From: Macrostomum lignano | Taxonomy: Eukaryota | Length of the DNA stretch: 64,000 nucleotides | Assembly (NCBI GenBank): GCA_002269645.1 | Contig: NIVC01002868.1 | Coordinates: forward strand, 69,734 to 133,733 | Reading direction: 5' to 3' | In this document: positions 1 through 14,400 of the stretch, piece after piece | Layout: every line of letters begins with the position of its first letter | How positions within the stretch are numbered: the stretch's first letter is position 1 | The notes under the pieces: generated by a model | Seen by the model: only the letters and a program-made list of their open reading frames with translations | Databases searched by the model: none | What the model was told of the DNA's origin: nothing | Translations under genes and position numbers: made by a program

Positions 1-917
1 TATGATTGTTTACATGACGCTTCTATGATTGTTTACATGACGCTTCTATGATTTTTTAAATTACGCTTCTATGATTGTTTACATGACGCTTCTATGATTC
101 TTTACATGACGCTTCTATGATTGTTTACATGACGCTTCTATGATTTTTTACATGACGCTTCTATGATTGTTTACATGACGCTTCTATGATTTTTTCATGA
201 CGCTTTTATGATTTTTACATAACGCTTTTATGATTGTTTACATGACGCTTCTATGATTTTTTTAAATGACGCTTCTCTGATTGTTTACATGACGCTTCTA
301 TGATATTTTACATGAAGCTTCTACGATTTTTTACATGACGCTTCTATGATTGTTTACATGACGCTCCTATGATTTTTTAAATGACGCTTCTATGATTTTT
401 TACATGACGCTTCTATGATTGTTTACATGACGCTCCTATGATTTTTTAAATGACGCTTCTATGATTTTTTACATGACGCTTCTATGATTGTTTACATGAC
501 GCTTCTATGATTGTTTACATGACGCTTCTATGATTGTTTACATGACGCTCCTATGATTTTTTACATGACGCTTCTATGATTGTTTACATGACGCTTCTAT
601 GATTTTTTACATGACGCTTCTATGATTGTTTACATGACGCTTCTATGATTGTTTACATGACGCTTCTATAATTGTTTACATGACGCTTGTATGATTTCTA
701 TATGACGCTTCTATGATTGTTTACATGACGCTTCTATGATTGTTTACATGACGCTTCTATGATTGTTTACATGACGCTTCTATGATTTTTTAAATGACGC
801 TTCTACGATTTTTATATGACGCTTCTACGATTTTTTACATGACGCTTTTATGATTTTTTACATGACGCTCCTATGATTTTTTACATGACGCTTCTATGAT
901 TTTTACATGACGCTTCT
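1..917. repeat. 23-bp satellite A (TATGATTGTTTACATGACGCTTC), ~40 copies
   Basis: Direct tandem repeat with 22/23-bp variants; the same unit recurs at 23110-23935. Confidence 0.97.
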
Positions 918-982
918 AATTTTTAAAAAGTCTTTTAGTTTTCTTGACGTTGAAAAGCTTTAATTAAAAAAATTATACTCTA

Positions 983-1046
983 TGAAAATTCGAACCATCG
1001 TCGCTGCATTTAGCAGTTCAGTTTGTTCACCTCTAGGCTAGCTCTC
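983..1046 (-). promoter_or_regulatory. tRNA-derived A-box/B-box cassette in H1
   Basis: Minus strand reads TAGCCTAGAGG (A-box-like) ... CTGCTAA ... GGTTCGAATTT (B-box-like); no acceptor stem. Confidence 0.6.
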
Positions 1047-1496
1047 ATCGTTTTGATAACATCAAATTTTGCACTTATATAATTCAACACTTTAAAATCC
1101 AAGCATAGAGTAAATCACACGAAGCAGTTATGACATAATCAGTTTCTCAGTCAGTCAGTATCAGTTAACAATATGGTTACGCAATTTAAATCAAGTCTGG
1201 TGCTACGCTTCCACACTGCATTTTCAATTCAAGTCGGAGTTACAATTCAGTTATGATGCAATCTATTTCAGAATTAGAATTCAACCAGTCAGTTTTTTCT
1301 CTAGCATTCTTACAATGCATTTCAAGTCAAAAAGTTTGCTTGACCTTTGCAAAAAAGCATGTTTTTCGAATATTTAATGCCTTTAGCATCGAGCAATTTC
1401 TTAGCCACGATGCATGTACAGTCACGGGAAAATTTCTAATCGAACAGTGCAAGTTCGAACAAAATCGGTCCAGCCATTTTTTCTCTAATCGATCAC

Positions 1497-1533
<37 letters not shown>

Positions 1534-1709
1534 CACAGACAGACCATTTTTAGTATATAGGACTAGCAATCTTTGCCCCCCGATGGGGGACATCTGGATA
1601 GAACTTCTGTTCTCTACAAGTAAAAAAAAACCGCCAAATAGAGTCTTCACAAAGACAACAGAAAAACTGCTCAAATGAAGCGCAATGCAAAAAGAAAACA
1701 TCCCACGAC

Positions 1710-1993
1710 AGCAAGCATCCCCCCTCCTCCCAGATAGCAAGCATCCCCCGATAGCAAGCACCCCCAGATAGCAAGCACCCCCAGATAGCAAGCACCCCCA
1801 GATAGCAAGCACCCCCAGATAGCAAGCACCCCCAGATAGCAAGCACCCCCAGATAGCAAGCACTCCCAGATAGCAAGCACCCCCAGATAGCAAGCACCCC
1901 CAGATAGCAAGCATCCCTCAGATAGCAAGCACCCCAGATAGAAAGAACCCCCAGATAGCAAGTATCTATCCTTAAATAGCAAGCATCCACCAG
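1710..1993. repeat. 17-bp minisatellite (AGATAGCAAGCACCCCC) near the H2 3' end
   Basis: About 16 tandem copies; related to the 18-bp array in H5. Confidence 0.95.
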
Positions 1994-2079
1994 ACAAAAA
2001 GTATATAGTGCAACATTTCCTTTTAGCTTTCTAGGGCTCCTTTATGATTGGCATGACGCTTCTTATTACGTTTGAAAAT

Positions 2080-5000
2080 GTCTCTCCTGTGTTTGAAATG
2101 GTGGCTATTTTATGTTTGAATTGGTGGCTTTTTAATGTCTGGCATGGTGACTCTTTAATGTTCTACATGGTGGCTCTTTAATGTTTGACATCGTGCCAGT
2201 TTTATGTTTGTCATGGTGGCTCCTTAATGTTAGAAACGGTGGCTCTTTAATGTTTGACATGGAGTCACATATATGTTTCACATGGTGGCTCTTCTATGTC
2301 TAACTTAGTAGCTCTTTTATGTTTGACATCGTGGCTCGTTAATGTTCGACATGGTGGCTCTTTAACGTTCGACATGGTGGCTCTTTAATGTTCGACATGC
2401 TGGCTCTTTAATGTTTGACATGGTGGCTCTTTAATGTTCAACATGGTGGCTCTTTATTGTTTGAAATGGTGGCTCTTTAATGTTCAACATGGTGGCTCTT
2501 TATTGTTTGACATGGTGGCTTTTTAATGTTTGACATGGTGTCTCTTTATTGCTCGACATTGTGGCTCTTTATTGTTCTACATTGTGGCTCTTTAATTTTC
2601 TACATTGTTGCTCTTTAACGTTTGACATGGTGGCTCTTTAATGTTCTACATGGTGGTTCTTTAATGTTTTACATTGTGGCTCTTTAATGTTCTACATTGT
2701 GATCTTTAATATTTGACATTGTGGCTCTTTATGTTCTACATTGTGGCTCTTTAATGTTCGACATGGTGGCTCTTAAATGTTCAACATGGTGGCTCTTTAT
2801 TGTTTGACATAATGGCTTTTTAATGTTCGACATGGTGGCTCTTTACTGTTAGAAATGGTGGCTCTTTAATGTTAGACATTGTGGCTCTTTAATGTTCTAC
2901 ATGGTGGCTCTTTAATGCTCTACATGGTGGCTCTTTAATGCTTGAAATGGTGGCTCTTTAATTTTCGACATGGTGGCTCCTTTATGTTTAACATGGTGCT
3001 CTTAAATGTTCGACATCGTGGCTCTTTAATGTTTGACATGGTGGCTCTTTAGTGTTTAACATGGAGTCACGTATGTGTTTGACATGGAGTCACGTATATA
3101 TTTGGCATGGAGTCACGTATATGCTTTACATTGTGGCTCTTTTATGTTTGACATAGTGGCTCTTTAATGTTTGACATGGTGGCTCTTTTATGTTTGACAT
3201 GATGGCTCTTTAATGTTCGACATGGTGGCTGTTTAATGTTTGTTATGTGGTCATATGTATATGTTTTACATGGTGGCTCTTTTATGTGTGACATGGAGTC
3301 ACGTATATATTTGACATGGATTCACATATATCTTTGACATGGTGGCTCTTTAGTGTTCGATATGGTGGCTCTTTAATGTTTGACATGGTGGCTCTTTTAT
3401 GTTTGACATAGTGGCTCTTTAATGTTTGACATGGTGGCTCTTTTATGTTTGACATGATGGCTCCCTAATGTTCGACATGGTGGCTGTAAATTGTTTGTTA
3501 TGTAGTCATATGTATATGTTTTACATGGTGGCTCTTTATGTGTGACATGGAGTCACATATATATTTGACATGGAGTCACATATATGTTTGACATGGTGGC
3601 TCTTTTATGTTTGACATAGTGGCTCTTTAATGTTTGACATGGTGGCTCTTTTATGTTTGACATGATGGCTCCCTAATGTTCGACATGGTGGCTGTAAATT
3701 GTTTGTTATGTAGTCATATGTATATGTTTTACATGGTGGCTCTTTATGTGTGACATGGAGTCACATATATATTTGACATGGAGTCACATATATGTTTGAC
3801 ATGGTGGCTCTTTAGTGTTCGATATGGTGGCTCTTTAATGTTTGACATGGTGGCTTTTAATGTTCGACATGGTGGCTCTTTAATGTTAGACAGTGAGTCA
3901 CGTATATGTTTGACATGGTGGCTCTTTAATGTTTGACATGGTGGCTCTTTAGTGTTTGACATGGCTCTTAAATGTTTGACATGGTGGCTCTTTAATGTTT
4001 GACATGGTGGCTCTTTAGTGTTTGACATGGCTCTTTAATGTTTGACATGGTGGCTCTTTAATGTTTGACATGGTGGCTCTTTAATGTTTGACATGGTGGC
4101 TCTTTAATGTTCGACATGGTGGCTCTTTAATGTTCGAAATTGTGCCTCTTTAATGTTAGACATGGTGGCTCTTTAATGTTCTACATGGTGGCTCTTTAAT
4201 GCTCTACATTGTGGCTCTTTAATGCTCTACATGGTGGCTCTTTAATGTTCTACATGGTGGCTCTTTAATGCTTGACATTGTGGCTCTTTAATGTTCTACT
4301 TATTGTGGCTCTTTAATCTTCGACATGGTGGCTCTTTAATGTTCGATATGGTGGCTCTTTATTGTTTGACATGATGGCTCTTTAATGTTTGACATTGTGG
4401 CTCTTTTATGTTCTACATATTGTGGCTCTTTAATGTTCGACATGGTGGCTCTTTATGTTCTACATTGTGGCTCTTTATTGTTTGACATGATGGCTTTTTA
4501 ATGTTCTACATTGTGGCTCTTTAATGTTTGACATTGTGGCTCTTTAATGCTCTACATGGGGGCTCTTTAATGCTTGACATGGTGGCTCTTTTATGTTTGA
4601 CATAATGGCTTTTTAATGTTCGACATGGTGGCTCTTTACTGTTAGAAATGGTGGCTCTTTAATGTTAGACATGGTGGCTCTTTAATGTTCTACATGGTGG
4701 CTCTTTAATGCTCTACATGGTGGCTCTTTAATGCTTGAAATGGTGGCTCTTTAATTTTCGACATGGTGGCTCCTTTATGTTTAACATGGTGCTCTTAAAT
4801 GTTCGACATCGTGGCTCTTTAATGTTTGACATGGTGGCTCTTTAGTGTTTAACATGGAGTCACGTATGTGTTTGACATGGAGTCACGTATATATTTGGCA
4901 TGGAGTCACGTATATGCTTTACATTGTGGCTCTTTTATGTTTGACATAGTGGCTCTTTAATGTTTGACATGGTGGCTCTTTAATGTTTGACATGGTGGCT

Positions 5001-8000
5001 CTTTTATGTTTGACATGATGGCTCTTTAATGTTCGACATGGTGGCTGTTTAATGTTTGTTATGTGGTCATATGTATATGTTTTACATGGTGGCTCTTTTA
5101 TGTGTGACATGGAGTCACGTATATATTTGACATGGATTCACATATATCTTTGACATGGTGGCTCTTTAGTGTTCGATATGGTGGCTCTTTAATGTTTGAC
5201 ATGGTGGCTCTTTTATGTTTGACATAGTGGCTCTTTAATGTTTGACATGGTGGCTCTTTTATGTTTGACATGATGGCTCCCTAATGTTCGACATGGTGGC
5301 TGTAAATTGTTTGTTATGTAGTCATATGTATATGTTTTACATGGTGGCTCTTTATGTGTGACATGGAGTCACATATATATTTGACATGGAGTCACATATA
5401 TGTTTGACATGGTGGCTCTTTTATGTTTGACATAGTGGCTCTTTAATGTTCTACATGGTGGTTCTTTAATGTTTTACATTGTGGCTCTTTAATGTTCTAC
5501 ATTGTGCTCTTTAATATTTGACATTGTGGCTCTTTATGTTCTACATTGTGGCTCTTTAATGTTCGACATGGTGGCTCTTAAATGTTCAACATGGTGGCTC
5601 TTTATTGTTTGACATAATGGCTTTTTAATGTTCGACATGGTGGCTCTTTACTGTTAGAAATGGTGGCTCTTTAATGTTAGACATGGTGGCTCTTTAATGT
5701 TCTACATGGTGGCTCTTTAATGCTCTACATGGTGGCTCTTTAATGCTTGAAATGGTGGCTCTTTAATTTTCGACATGGTGGCTCCTTTATGTTTAACATG
5801 GTGCTCTTAAATGTTCGACATCGTGGCTCTTTAATGTTTGACATGGTGGCTCTTTAGTGTTTAACATGGAGTCACGTATGTGTTTGACATGGAGTCACGT
5901 ATATATTTGGCATGGAGTCACGTATATGCTTTACATTGTGGCTCTTTTATGTTTGACATAGTGGCTCTTTAATGTTTGACATGGTGGCTCTTTAATGTTT
6001 GACATGGTGGCTCTTTTATGTTTGACATGATGGCTCTTTAATGTTCGACATGGTGGCTGTAAATTGTTTGTTATGTAGTCATATGTATATGTTTTACATG
6101 GTGGCTCTTTATGTGTGACATGGAGTCACATATATATTTGACATGGAGTCACATATATGTTTGACATGGTGGCTCTTTTATGTTTGACATGGAGTCACGT
6201 ATATATTTGACATGGATTCACATATATCTTTGACATGGTGGCTCTTTAGTGTTCGATATGGTGGCTCTTTAATGTTTGACATGGTGGCTCTTTTATGTTT
6301 GACATAGTGGATCTTTAATGTTTGACATGGTGGCTCTTTTATGTTTGACATGATGGCTCCCTAATGTTCGACATGGTGGCTGTAAATTGTTTGTTATGTA
6401 GTCATATGTATATGTTTTACATGGTGGCTCTTTATGTGTGACATGGAGTCACATATATATTTGACATGGAGTCACATATATGTTTGACATGGTGGCTCTT
6501 TTATGTTTGACATAGTGGCTCTTTAATGTTTGACATGGTGGCTCTTTTATGTTTGACATGATGGCTCCCTAATGTTCGACATGGTGGCTGTAAATTGTTT
6601 GTTATGTAGTCATATGTATATGTTTTACATGGTGGCTCTTTATGTGTGACATGGAGTCACATATATATTTGACATGGAGTCACATATATGTTTGACATGG
6701 TGGCTCTTTAGTGTTCGATATGGTGGCTCTTTAATGTTTGACATGGTGGCTTTTAATGTTCGACATGGTGGCTCTTTAATGTTAGACAGTGAGTCACGTA
6801 TATGTTTGACATGGTGGCTCTTTAATGTTTGACATGGTGGCTCTTTAGTGTTTGACATGGCTCCTAAATGTTTGACATGGTGGCTCTTTAATGTTTGACA
6901 TGGTGGCTCTTTAGTGTTTGACATGGCTCTTTAATGTTTGACATGGTGGCTCTTTAATGTTTGACATGGTGGCTCTTTAATGTTTGACATGGTGGCTCTT
7001 TAATGTTCGACATGGTGGCTCTTTAATGTTCGAAATTGTGCCTCTTTAATGTTAGACATGGTGGCTCTTTAATGTTCTACATGGTGGCTCTTTAATGCTC
7101 TACATTGTGGCTCTTTAATGCTCTACATGGTGGCTCTTTAATGTTCTACATGGTGGCTCTTTAATGCTTGACATTGTGGTTCTTTAATGTTCTACTTATT
7201 GTGGCTCTTTAATCTTCGACATGGTGGCTCTTTAATGTTCGATATGGTGGCTCTTTATTGTTTGACATGATGGCTCTTTAATGTTTGACATTGTGGCTCT
7301 TTAATGTTCTACATATTGTGGCTCTTTAATGTTCGACATGGTGGCTCTTTATGTTCTACATTGTGGCTCTTTAATGTTTGACATTGTGGCTCTTTAATGC
7401 TCTACATGGGGGCTCTTTAATGCTTGACATTGTGGCTCTTTAATGTTCTACTTATTGTGGCTCTTTAATCTTCGACATGGTGGCTCTTTAATGTCCTACA
7501 TTGTGGCTCTTTATTGTTTGACATGATGGCTTTTTAATGTTCTACATTGTGGCTCTTTAATGTTCTACATGGTGGCTCTTTAATGTTTGACATAGTGGCT
7601 CTTTTATGCTTGAAATGGTGGCTCTTTAATGTTCGACATGGTGGCTCTTTAGTGTTTGACATGGTGGCTCTTTTATGTTTGACATGATGGCTTTTTAATG
7701 TTCGACATGGTGGCTGTTTAATGTTTGTTATGTAGTCATATGTATATGTTTTACATGGTGGCTCTTTTATGTGTGACATGGAGTCACGTATATATTTGAC
7801 ATGGATTCACATATAAGTTTGACATGGTGGCTCTTTAGTGTTCGATATGGTGGCTCTTTAATGTTTGACATGGTGGCTCTTTTATGTTTGACATAGTGGC
7901 TCTTTAATGTTTTACATGGTGGCTCTTTTATGTTTGACATAATGGCTCCTTAATGTTCGACATGGTGGCTGTTAATTGTTTGTTATGTAGTCATAGGTAT

Positions 8001-8900
8001 ATGTTTTACATGGTGGCTCTTTTATGTGTGACATGGAGTCACGTATATATTTGACATGGAGTCACATATATGTTTGACATGGTGGCTCTTTAGTGTTCGA
8101 TATGGTGGCTCTTTAATGTTTGACATGGTGGCTTTTAATGTTCGACATGGTGGCTCTTTAATGTTAGACAGTGAGTCACGTATATGTTTGACATGGTGGC
8201 TCTTTAATGTTTGACATGGTGGCTCTTTAATGTTTGACATAGTGGCTCTTTAATATCTGACATGGTGGCTCTTTAATGTTTGACATGGTGGCTCTTTTAT
8301 GTTCGACATGGTGGCTCTTTAATGTACGACATAATGGCTCGTTTATGTTTTACATGGTGGCTCTTTAATGTTTGACATGGTGGCTCTTTTATGCTTGACA
8401 TGGTGGCTCTTTAATGTTCGACATAGTGGGTCTTTTATGTTTGACATGGTGGCTCTTTTATGCTTGACATGGTGGCTCTTTAATGTTTGACATGGTGGCT
8501 CTTTAATGTACGACATAATGGCTCGTTTATGTTCGACATGGTGGCTCTTTAATGTTTGACATGGTAGCTCTGTTATGTTCGACATGGTGGCTCTTTTATG
8601 TTTGACAATGTGGCTCTTTATTGTTTTACATGGCGGCTCTTTTATGTTCGAAATGGTGGCTCTTTAATGTTCGACATGGTGGCTCTTTAATGTTTGACAT
8701 AGTGGTCTTTAATGTTCGACATGGTGGCACTTTAATGTTCGACGTGGTGGCTCTTTAATGTTCGAAATGGTGACTCTTTTATGTTTCACATGGTGGCTCT
8801 TTGATGTTTGACATAGAGTCACGTATATTTTTTACATGGTGCCCATGTAGTGTTTGACATGGTGCCTCTTTTATGTTTGACATTGTGCTTTTTTATGTTT
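2080..8900. repeat. 23-bp satellite B (TTAATGTTTGACATGGTGGCTCT), ~290 copies with higher-order duplications
   Basis: Tandem array with interspersed GGAGTCAC(G/A)TATA variants; identical translated blocks at 3744 and 6640. Confidence 0.97.
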
Positions 8901-8946
8901 AGCAGTTTCGTGTTTTCAAGGTGTTTTATAAAAAAATTATTTTGCA

Positions 8947-9012
8947 CTACTAAGATTCGAACCCAGGTCGCTACGTTGGCAGTCCAGTCTGTTCGTATCT
9001 AGGCTATCTCTT
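8947..9012 (-). promoter_or_regulatory. tRNA-derived A-box/B-box cassette in H2
   Basis: TAGCCTAGA...CTGCCAA...GCGAC-CTGGG-TTCGAAT-CTTAG retains tRNA spacing and a T-arm; a T7 run follows; the acceptor stem does not pair. Confidence 0.7.
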
Positions 9013-10896
9013 TTCAATTGGAGTACATGAATTGTGGCCCTTATAATTCAATAGTTACAGCAAGTTGGTTAGAGTAAAAAGTTATTACATAATCAATTTC
9101 TCAGTCAGCCAGATTCAGTCTCAATTTAGGTTTGCAATATGGTTACGCAATTTAAATCAAGTCGTGTGCACATTTCTTCGACACTGTTTTCAACTAATTG
9201 TGATGCAATCTTTATCAGAATTGAAATTCATTCAGCAAGTTTTTTCTCTAGCATTCTGACAATGCATTTCAAGTTGAAAACTTTGCTTGACCTTTGCAAA
9301 AAAGCATGTTTTTCGAATATTTAATCCCTTTAACATTGAGCAATTTCTTAGCCAAGATACATGTACCGTCCCAGGAAAATTTCTGATCGAATGGTGCAAG
9401 TTTGAAAAAAATCGGTTGAGCCAATTTTTCTTAAATCAGTCGCATACCCATATACATACATACATACAGACAACTCATTTTTAGTATATAGGACTAGCTA
9501 AAGTTTTGCCCCCCTTCGGGGAGCAGAAATAATTAATATTCGTCTAATATAATATACCTTTTAGCAGGAGTACTTTAAGTGTCTTTCTTAAGCTTAAGCT
9601 TAAAATAGGAATTTTTGGAGATCGTTAATAACGCATTTTAGGTAAAACAAAACTATCAACTTTTTACAGTTTTTTAGTTTAGAGCCCTGTATATGTTAAC
9701 GTGTTTGATAAAAATTATTATATTTATTTAGTTTATAAAACTGTTGAGATCACTTTTTTAGTTGTTACTGAAAATAAATTAAATAATATTCCAAGAAATT
9801 GCGACTTTCCGAGAAATGACTTGCTTTATTCCGATTTTCTTGTTGCTTGTATTGCTCATGTGTACTACAGTTTTATACACATCCCGAGAAATTTTTTACT
9901 TTCTTCATTTGTAAGTGAATTTCTTAGCCCTGCTCATCGTACTAACTGCGACTGCAATGTTCCGAACAATAAGTAGCTCAGCATTGCAACTATTGCCCTT
10001 GAATGAGGCCCCTCTTATTATAATAAATGACTTAAAGAGTCAGTTCAATGCAGCTATCTCATTGTGAATAGACTTTGCAAAAGCAACTGGAGCTACATCC
10101 TTCGACCTTTGGTTTGACACTTTTAATAAAGCTAACATTGGCTATATATAGGCATGATATATGATATATATTATCATGCTAAATTCCCCCTTTCTTTTCT
10201 AGTCACACTCCTCAGCAGACTTCTCTTTTCTTATATGCCTCATTCACATTGTCAAATCTTATTTTGAATCAAATCCTATATGACATAAAAGTCTATTTCA
10301 AATTAGATCCATTTTGATAGTTCAAAATGGTTAGCTCATATCAATGGCTAATTAAATATCAATGGATCAATTTCTAATCTCCTTTCTTTTTCTTAATGAT
10401 TCCAGTTCTGATCAGATCCTATTTCTCATCTGACCTCTTTTCTTAGTAATCCATTTTGTATCATTCTTCATTATAAATGCATGCCTGACAATTTATCTTT
10501 TAAAATAGAATAAGGCAGGTACCAGGTGTGCAGATTCATGAATCATGGGACTGGTCTTTGTCCACTGAAACATTTTTTGTATTTCTTCAATTGCAAAACA
10601 CATTGAAAACAACAAAACAACAACAATTGAGTGAGCATCTGGCAAAATTATTATTATACAAATACATATCATTATGACATTATAAGAAAACAAACTCCAA
10701 ATGTAGAGAATTCAGCGATTTTCCTCTTTCGTTTGTTAAATTATTTTTTCGACAGAAACAAGTTGTGACTACTGAGTAATGTCAGAAAATGACAGTAATG
10801 GGACAGTAATGGGATTCAGTTCAATGAAAAAAGAAAAAATTGCATTGCACCTAAAAATATTACCCACAAACAGTAAACATGATGCACTTGCAGAAG

Positions 10897-11338
10897 GCTC
10901 CGCCAACAAGACAGTATCATTGCACAGTTCATTGCATTTGACTGCAAGAATAATGGTGTCAATCCTACTGCTTGTTGGCTTGCTTTACTCTGCACTGCTG
11001 GTCAGAGGCATTCACTGGGGCAAGTTAAGTTCACGCACTCAACGTCACACAAAAAGCTTAGCTATCACAAGTCTCTAGGTTTGCTGAAGCTGCTTCAAAC
11101 CTCTCTCTCATGGCTGCATACCCTCAGTTTTAGAGTGGAAGAACCTCTGAATCGTGAAAAAGCAGCGAACACGTTATTTCAACCACAATCTCAAGGCCCA
11201 TTGATATGCAGCCAACCTGCTATATATTCACCTAATATTTACCTACATTAATTTCACTATTACTTATTAACTTTCATGGCACAACTAAATTGGGATCCGA
11301 TTGTATCCGATCCTATTCTGGTTTGCCTTGATCCCAAT
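10897..11338 (+). repeat. ~440-bp unique segment, copy 1 of a duplicated module
   Basis: Essentially identical to 18767-19207; both copies are followed by the GATCCCAAT minisatellite and the 31-bp array. Confidence 0.92.
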
Positions 11339-11497
11339 CTAGTTATGCAATGATCTCAATCTAGTTATGAAAGGATCTCAATTTAGTTATGCAATAATCC
11401 CATTTTAGTTACGCCAAATGATCCTAATTACGCTAAGCAATGATCTTAGTTCTGTTATGCAATGAACCCAATTAGGCTAAGCAATGATCTCACTTCT

Positions 11498-14400
11498 CAC
11501 AGCTATCTTGAAGACCAGTTAAGTGACAAAAAAATTGCCCAAAAAACAGTTTGTGTTTTCAAAAACAATGCACCACTAGAAGTTTTTATATAAATTTTCA
11601 AAATGATTTTGCGAGATATTTTTGTTTTATTGCATGTTTTTACTTTTACAATGATTTCTGTGCTGAAATTATAGCATCTGTGGTCTGGTAGTTAAGGGTT
11701 ACTTGTATAATGTATAGCATACGTATAATTTTTGATCAAACAAATCAATACATAAATTAGTAAACTTCATTAAATGAAAAATGGTGAATAATTAGACTTT
11801 CAATAACATTTTGATAGAAAATCACCTTTACCTTTAAAAATAGTTATTAACTAAAAGCAACTTGTTCACTGGTGCCGTGAGTTGTACACAATTGTGCATT
11901 TCAGCAGCTGCTTGCTGTACTGTGCACTCGTTTTCGCCACTTTGTAGCTGCTGTCCCAGAGGCGACTGAAGTCCGCATGCACAGCCTCACTTGCCTGCTC
12001 CGACCAGAATCCAAGGCCATGCAGAGCTGATCCAGGCATTTGCGGCTGGTTGCGAAGAAATGGAGCAACATGCTCAAAGACAGCATGAACTTTAGGGCTG
12101 ACAGGAATGCCAACATCCTTGTAGGCCGCAGCAAATGCCTTTATTGCTGCATCGTAGCCGTCTAGAAGCACCAGTCCAAAACAAGTCCTACAGACTTCAC
12201 GAAAGGTGCGAAGGGCTTGTACAATAGGCATGGCTGCTATGGCACCGCAGTCTTGCAGCATTTGCTCAAGTGAGTCGACACTGTTTAGCAGCTTGCTGCA
12301 GTGGTTGCCAGTAAACTGCCCACCTTGATATGGTGCCTGCCAGATGTTTAAACGATTAGCAAAGTCCTGTGCTCGTATTGTACAGTTGGAGATTGACTGT
12401 AATCGAGAATCAAGCTCCTTGAACAGCCGATTGACAATACCTAGCATCAAGTGCAACTCCATTGGAGGCACAATGTTGATCACCAAAGTCTCGTCTGGAA
12501 AATCAAGCAGCGGCATTCTAACACAATTCTTGAACCTGGCAGCCGAGTGCCTTGTGCTACTTGTCTGTTGCACCAGCTCTTGGTAGCTGTTAGCATTCTG
12601 TCGTATGCTGCCAAATGACCGCAAGGGAACTTCATGATACATGCTACAGAATTCTTTGCAGTTCAACTCGCACCATGGACAGGGGTGACTGCTGCTGGCA
12701 CACTGGAGGCCAAGTAGTGCGTTAGCCATCTTCATGTCAACAGCAAGACTGAAGCGTACCTGTTGCAGTCTCAGAAGGTCCAGGACAGCCTTGATGTTGA
12801 AGTAGGACTCTCGAACATCTTCGACAATTGCAAGGATCAGCAGTTTTTTCACTCCACTATCACAGAAACGAGAACTGCATGCGGCAGCAGAATAGCTTGT
12901 CTTTGTTTTAGGTTGTTGCTCTGCTCCAATTCGCACAATAGTGAGACAGACCTTCAAGAAGTTGCCTCCTCCATCTATGCCAATTTTAACTTCAAAGTTT
13001 CCTTCTTCAATGCAGCGGTGGTACAGAAGGCTATCAATGAGTCCCTCTGGGCCCTTGCAGTATACAACGTGTCTCATCTCTGTTGCTGCATCCTTCCCAA
13101 CCTCCAGCTGCATTGCCTTTACATCAAAGAAATCACCTAGCTCCTCATCCAGCTGACGTAACTTTGACATCAGTCCAGAGTCCACAGACTTGCGTCCTTT
13201 CCAGTTGCGCAGGAACTGAGCTGCCAGTTTAGTCTGCTGGCCACTTAAGCCAAGAGTATTCTGAAACCTGTTGAACTCTTTGGCAGTCACAGGCTTGTCA
13301 ACAAATGTGGCACAAGAGTTTTTGCATTGCGCTGTAGTTGTCACTGTCAGCTGATAAGGTCCACGAGTTGCTAACTGTGTGGAGAGAAAGGCACCACTGG
13401 TGCACTTTGTCTTTATGAGGTCTGATGCATGGATTTCTGCACCTCTTTTGTCCATGGCAAACTGAAGTGAAAGGTTTTTTCTTCTTTGAGTCACATTGCA
13501 ATTGTGAGATATACCTTTGCCAAGCACAGAGTAGCAGCGCATGCAGGTTGATACAGGTTGAGCTTCAGGCAGAGGATCTTCGATGCCAGATGAAGGTCTC
13601 CCACGAGGGTGTGCACTGACTTTCCGTGATCCAAGGCCTTTACCAATAGGTGTCCATCTTGCGGCAGTGCAGATGCCACACTCGCACATGGTCGTTGAGC
13701 GTGTTAGGACAGTCATTTTTATGCTTGAAAAGTCGAATGATCGAGGCAAAGCATCTTCTTCTCGCTTTCCTGCCTCAATGTCAGCCAGCAGAGTTCTGCA
13801 TCGAGTGCACACTGCAGCTGGTAGTTGCTCATCATCAAGATTACAGCTTGGCATAAAAAACCGGCGAATCCTTGTGAGTACAGTTTCACCAATTGGCTTC
13901 ATGCTGTTTCCTTTTTGCATGCAAATGAGACATACTTTGAGCCGATTTTCTGCATGTGATGCTCCGCATGATGGGTTTGGCATGGTTGCAGCTAAATACT
14001 ATATCAGGTTGAGTTAATTTTCCAGTTTTGATTGCTTAAGATGACACTTTCATGCGGCATTGATATTATAGCTTGTTCATTCCACTACCAAATGAGGTTA
14101 CAATTTTAGGCTCACACAGCTTGTACATAACTTTAAGCTTGTACTCAGCAGTGTGAGTTGATGTCTCAACTGATTTTAGTGTAAATGTACGCTTGTATAT
14201 AGGCATCCAGCCTTTATAAAGTTATGCAATTTTAAAAACACAAAGGCTAGGAGCTGCTACACATCTCTTACATCACATTTTAAAAGTTGTTCTGCTAAAA
14301 AGATACACTGTGTTCTGAATTATTAGTGGGTCACAGATATTCTTAGCTTGGAACTCCTTGTAAAAGTCAAAACATGCAATAAAATAAAAATATCTCGCAA

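Larger units (their letters stand above)
1..1562 (-). mobile_element. Non-autonomous Helitron H1, 5' part (runs off the window start)
   Basis: Minus strand begins TCCTATATACTAAAAATGGTCTGTC at 1562, followed by an (ATCT)n microsatellite, a ~550-bp conserved head also seen at 24000-24545, and a 23-bp satellite. Confidence 0.8.
1563..9493 (-). mobile_element. Complete non-autonomous Helitron H2 (7.9 kb) carrying satellite B
   Basis: 5' TCCTATATACT at 9493; 3' hairpin CCCCC-ATC-GGGGG (1575-1591) then CTAG (1563-1566). Same architecture as H5 at 42581-49173. Confidence 0.88.

Noticed and set aside
1253-1504. Recurrent 60-140-aa ORFs (MMQSISE..., also 9065, 21713, 24271, 42633)
   Set aside because: Chance frames in the repeated Helitron head; starts, stops and frames differ between copies.
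2080-8900. Regular 23-bp repeats as a CRISPR array, or the KEPPC/SHHVKH ORFs as genes
   Set aside because: No unique spacers and a eukaryotic context; the ORFs are translations of the satellite.
8947-9012. Functional tRNA genes (Gly/Ser-like) in Helitron heads
   Set aside because: Acceptor stem does not pair, the anticodon stem is broken, and the triplet varies between copies.
10779-11078. ORFs at 10779 and 18765 in the duplicated module
   Set aside because: The same DNA is open in different frames in the two copies; no recognisable domain.
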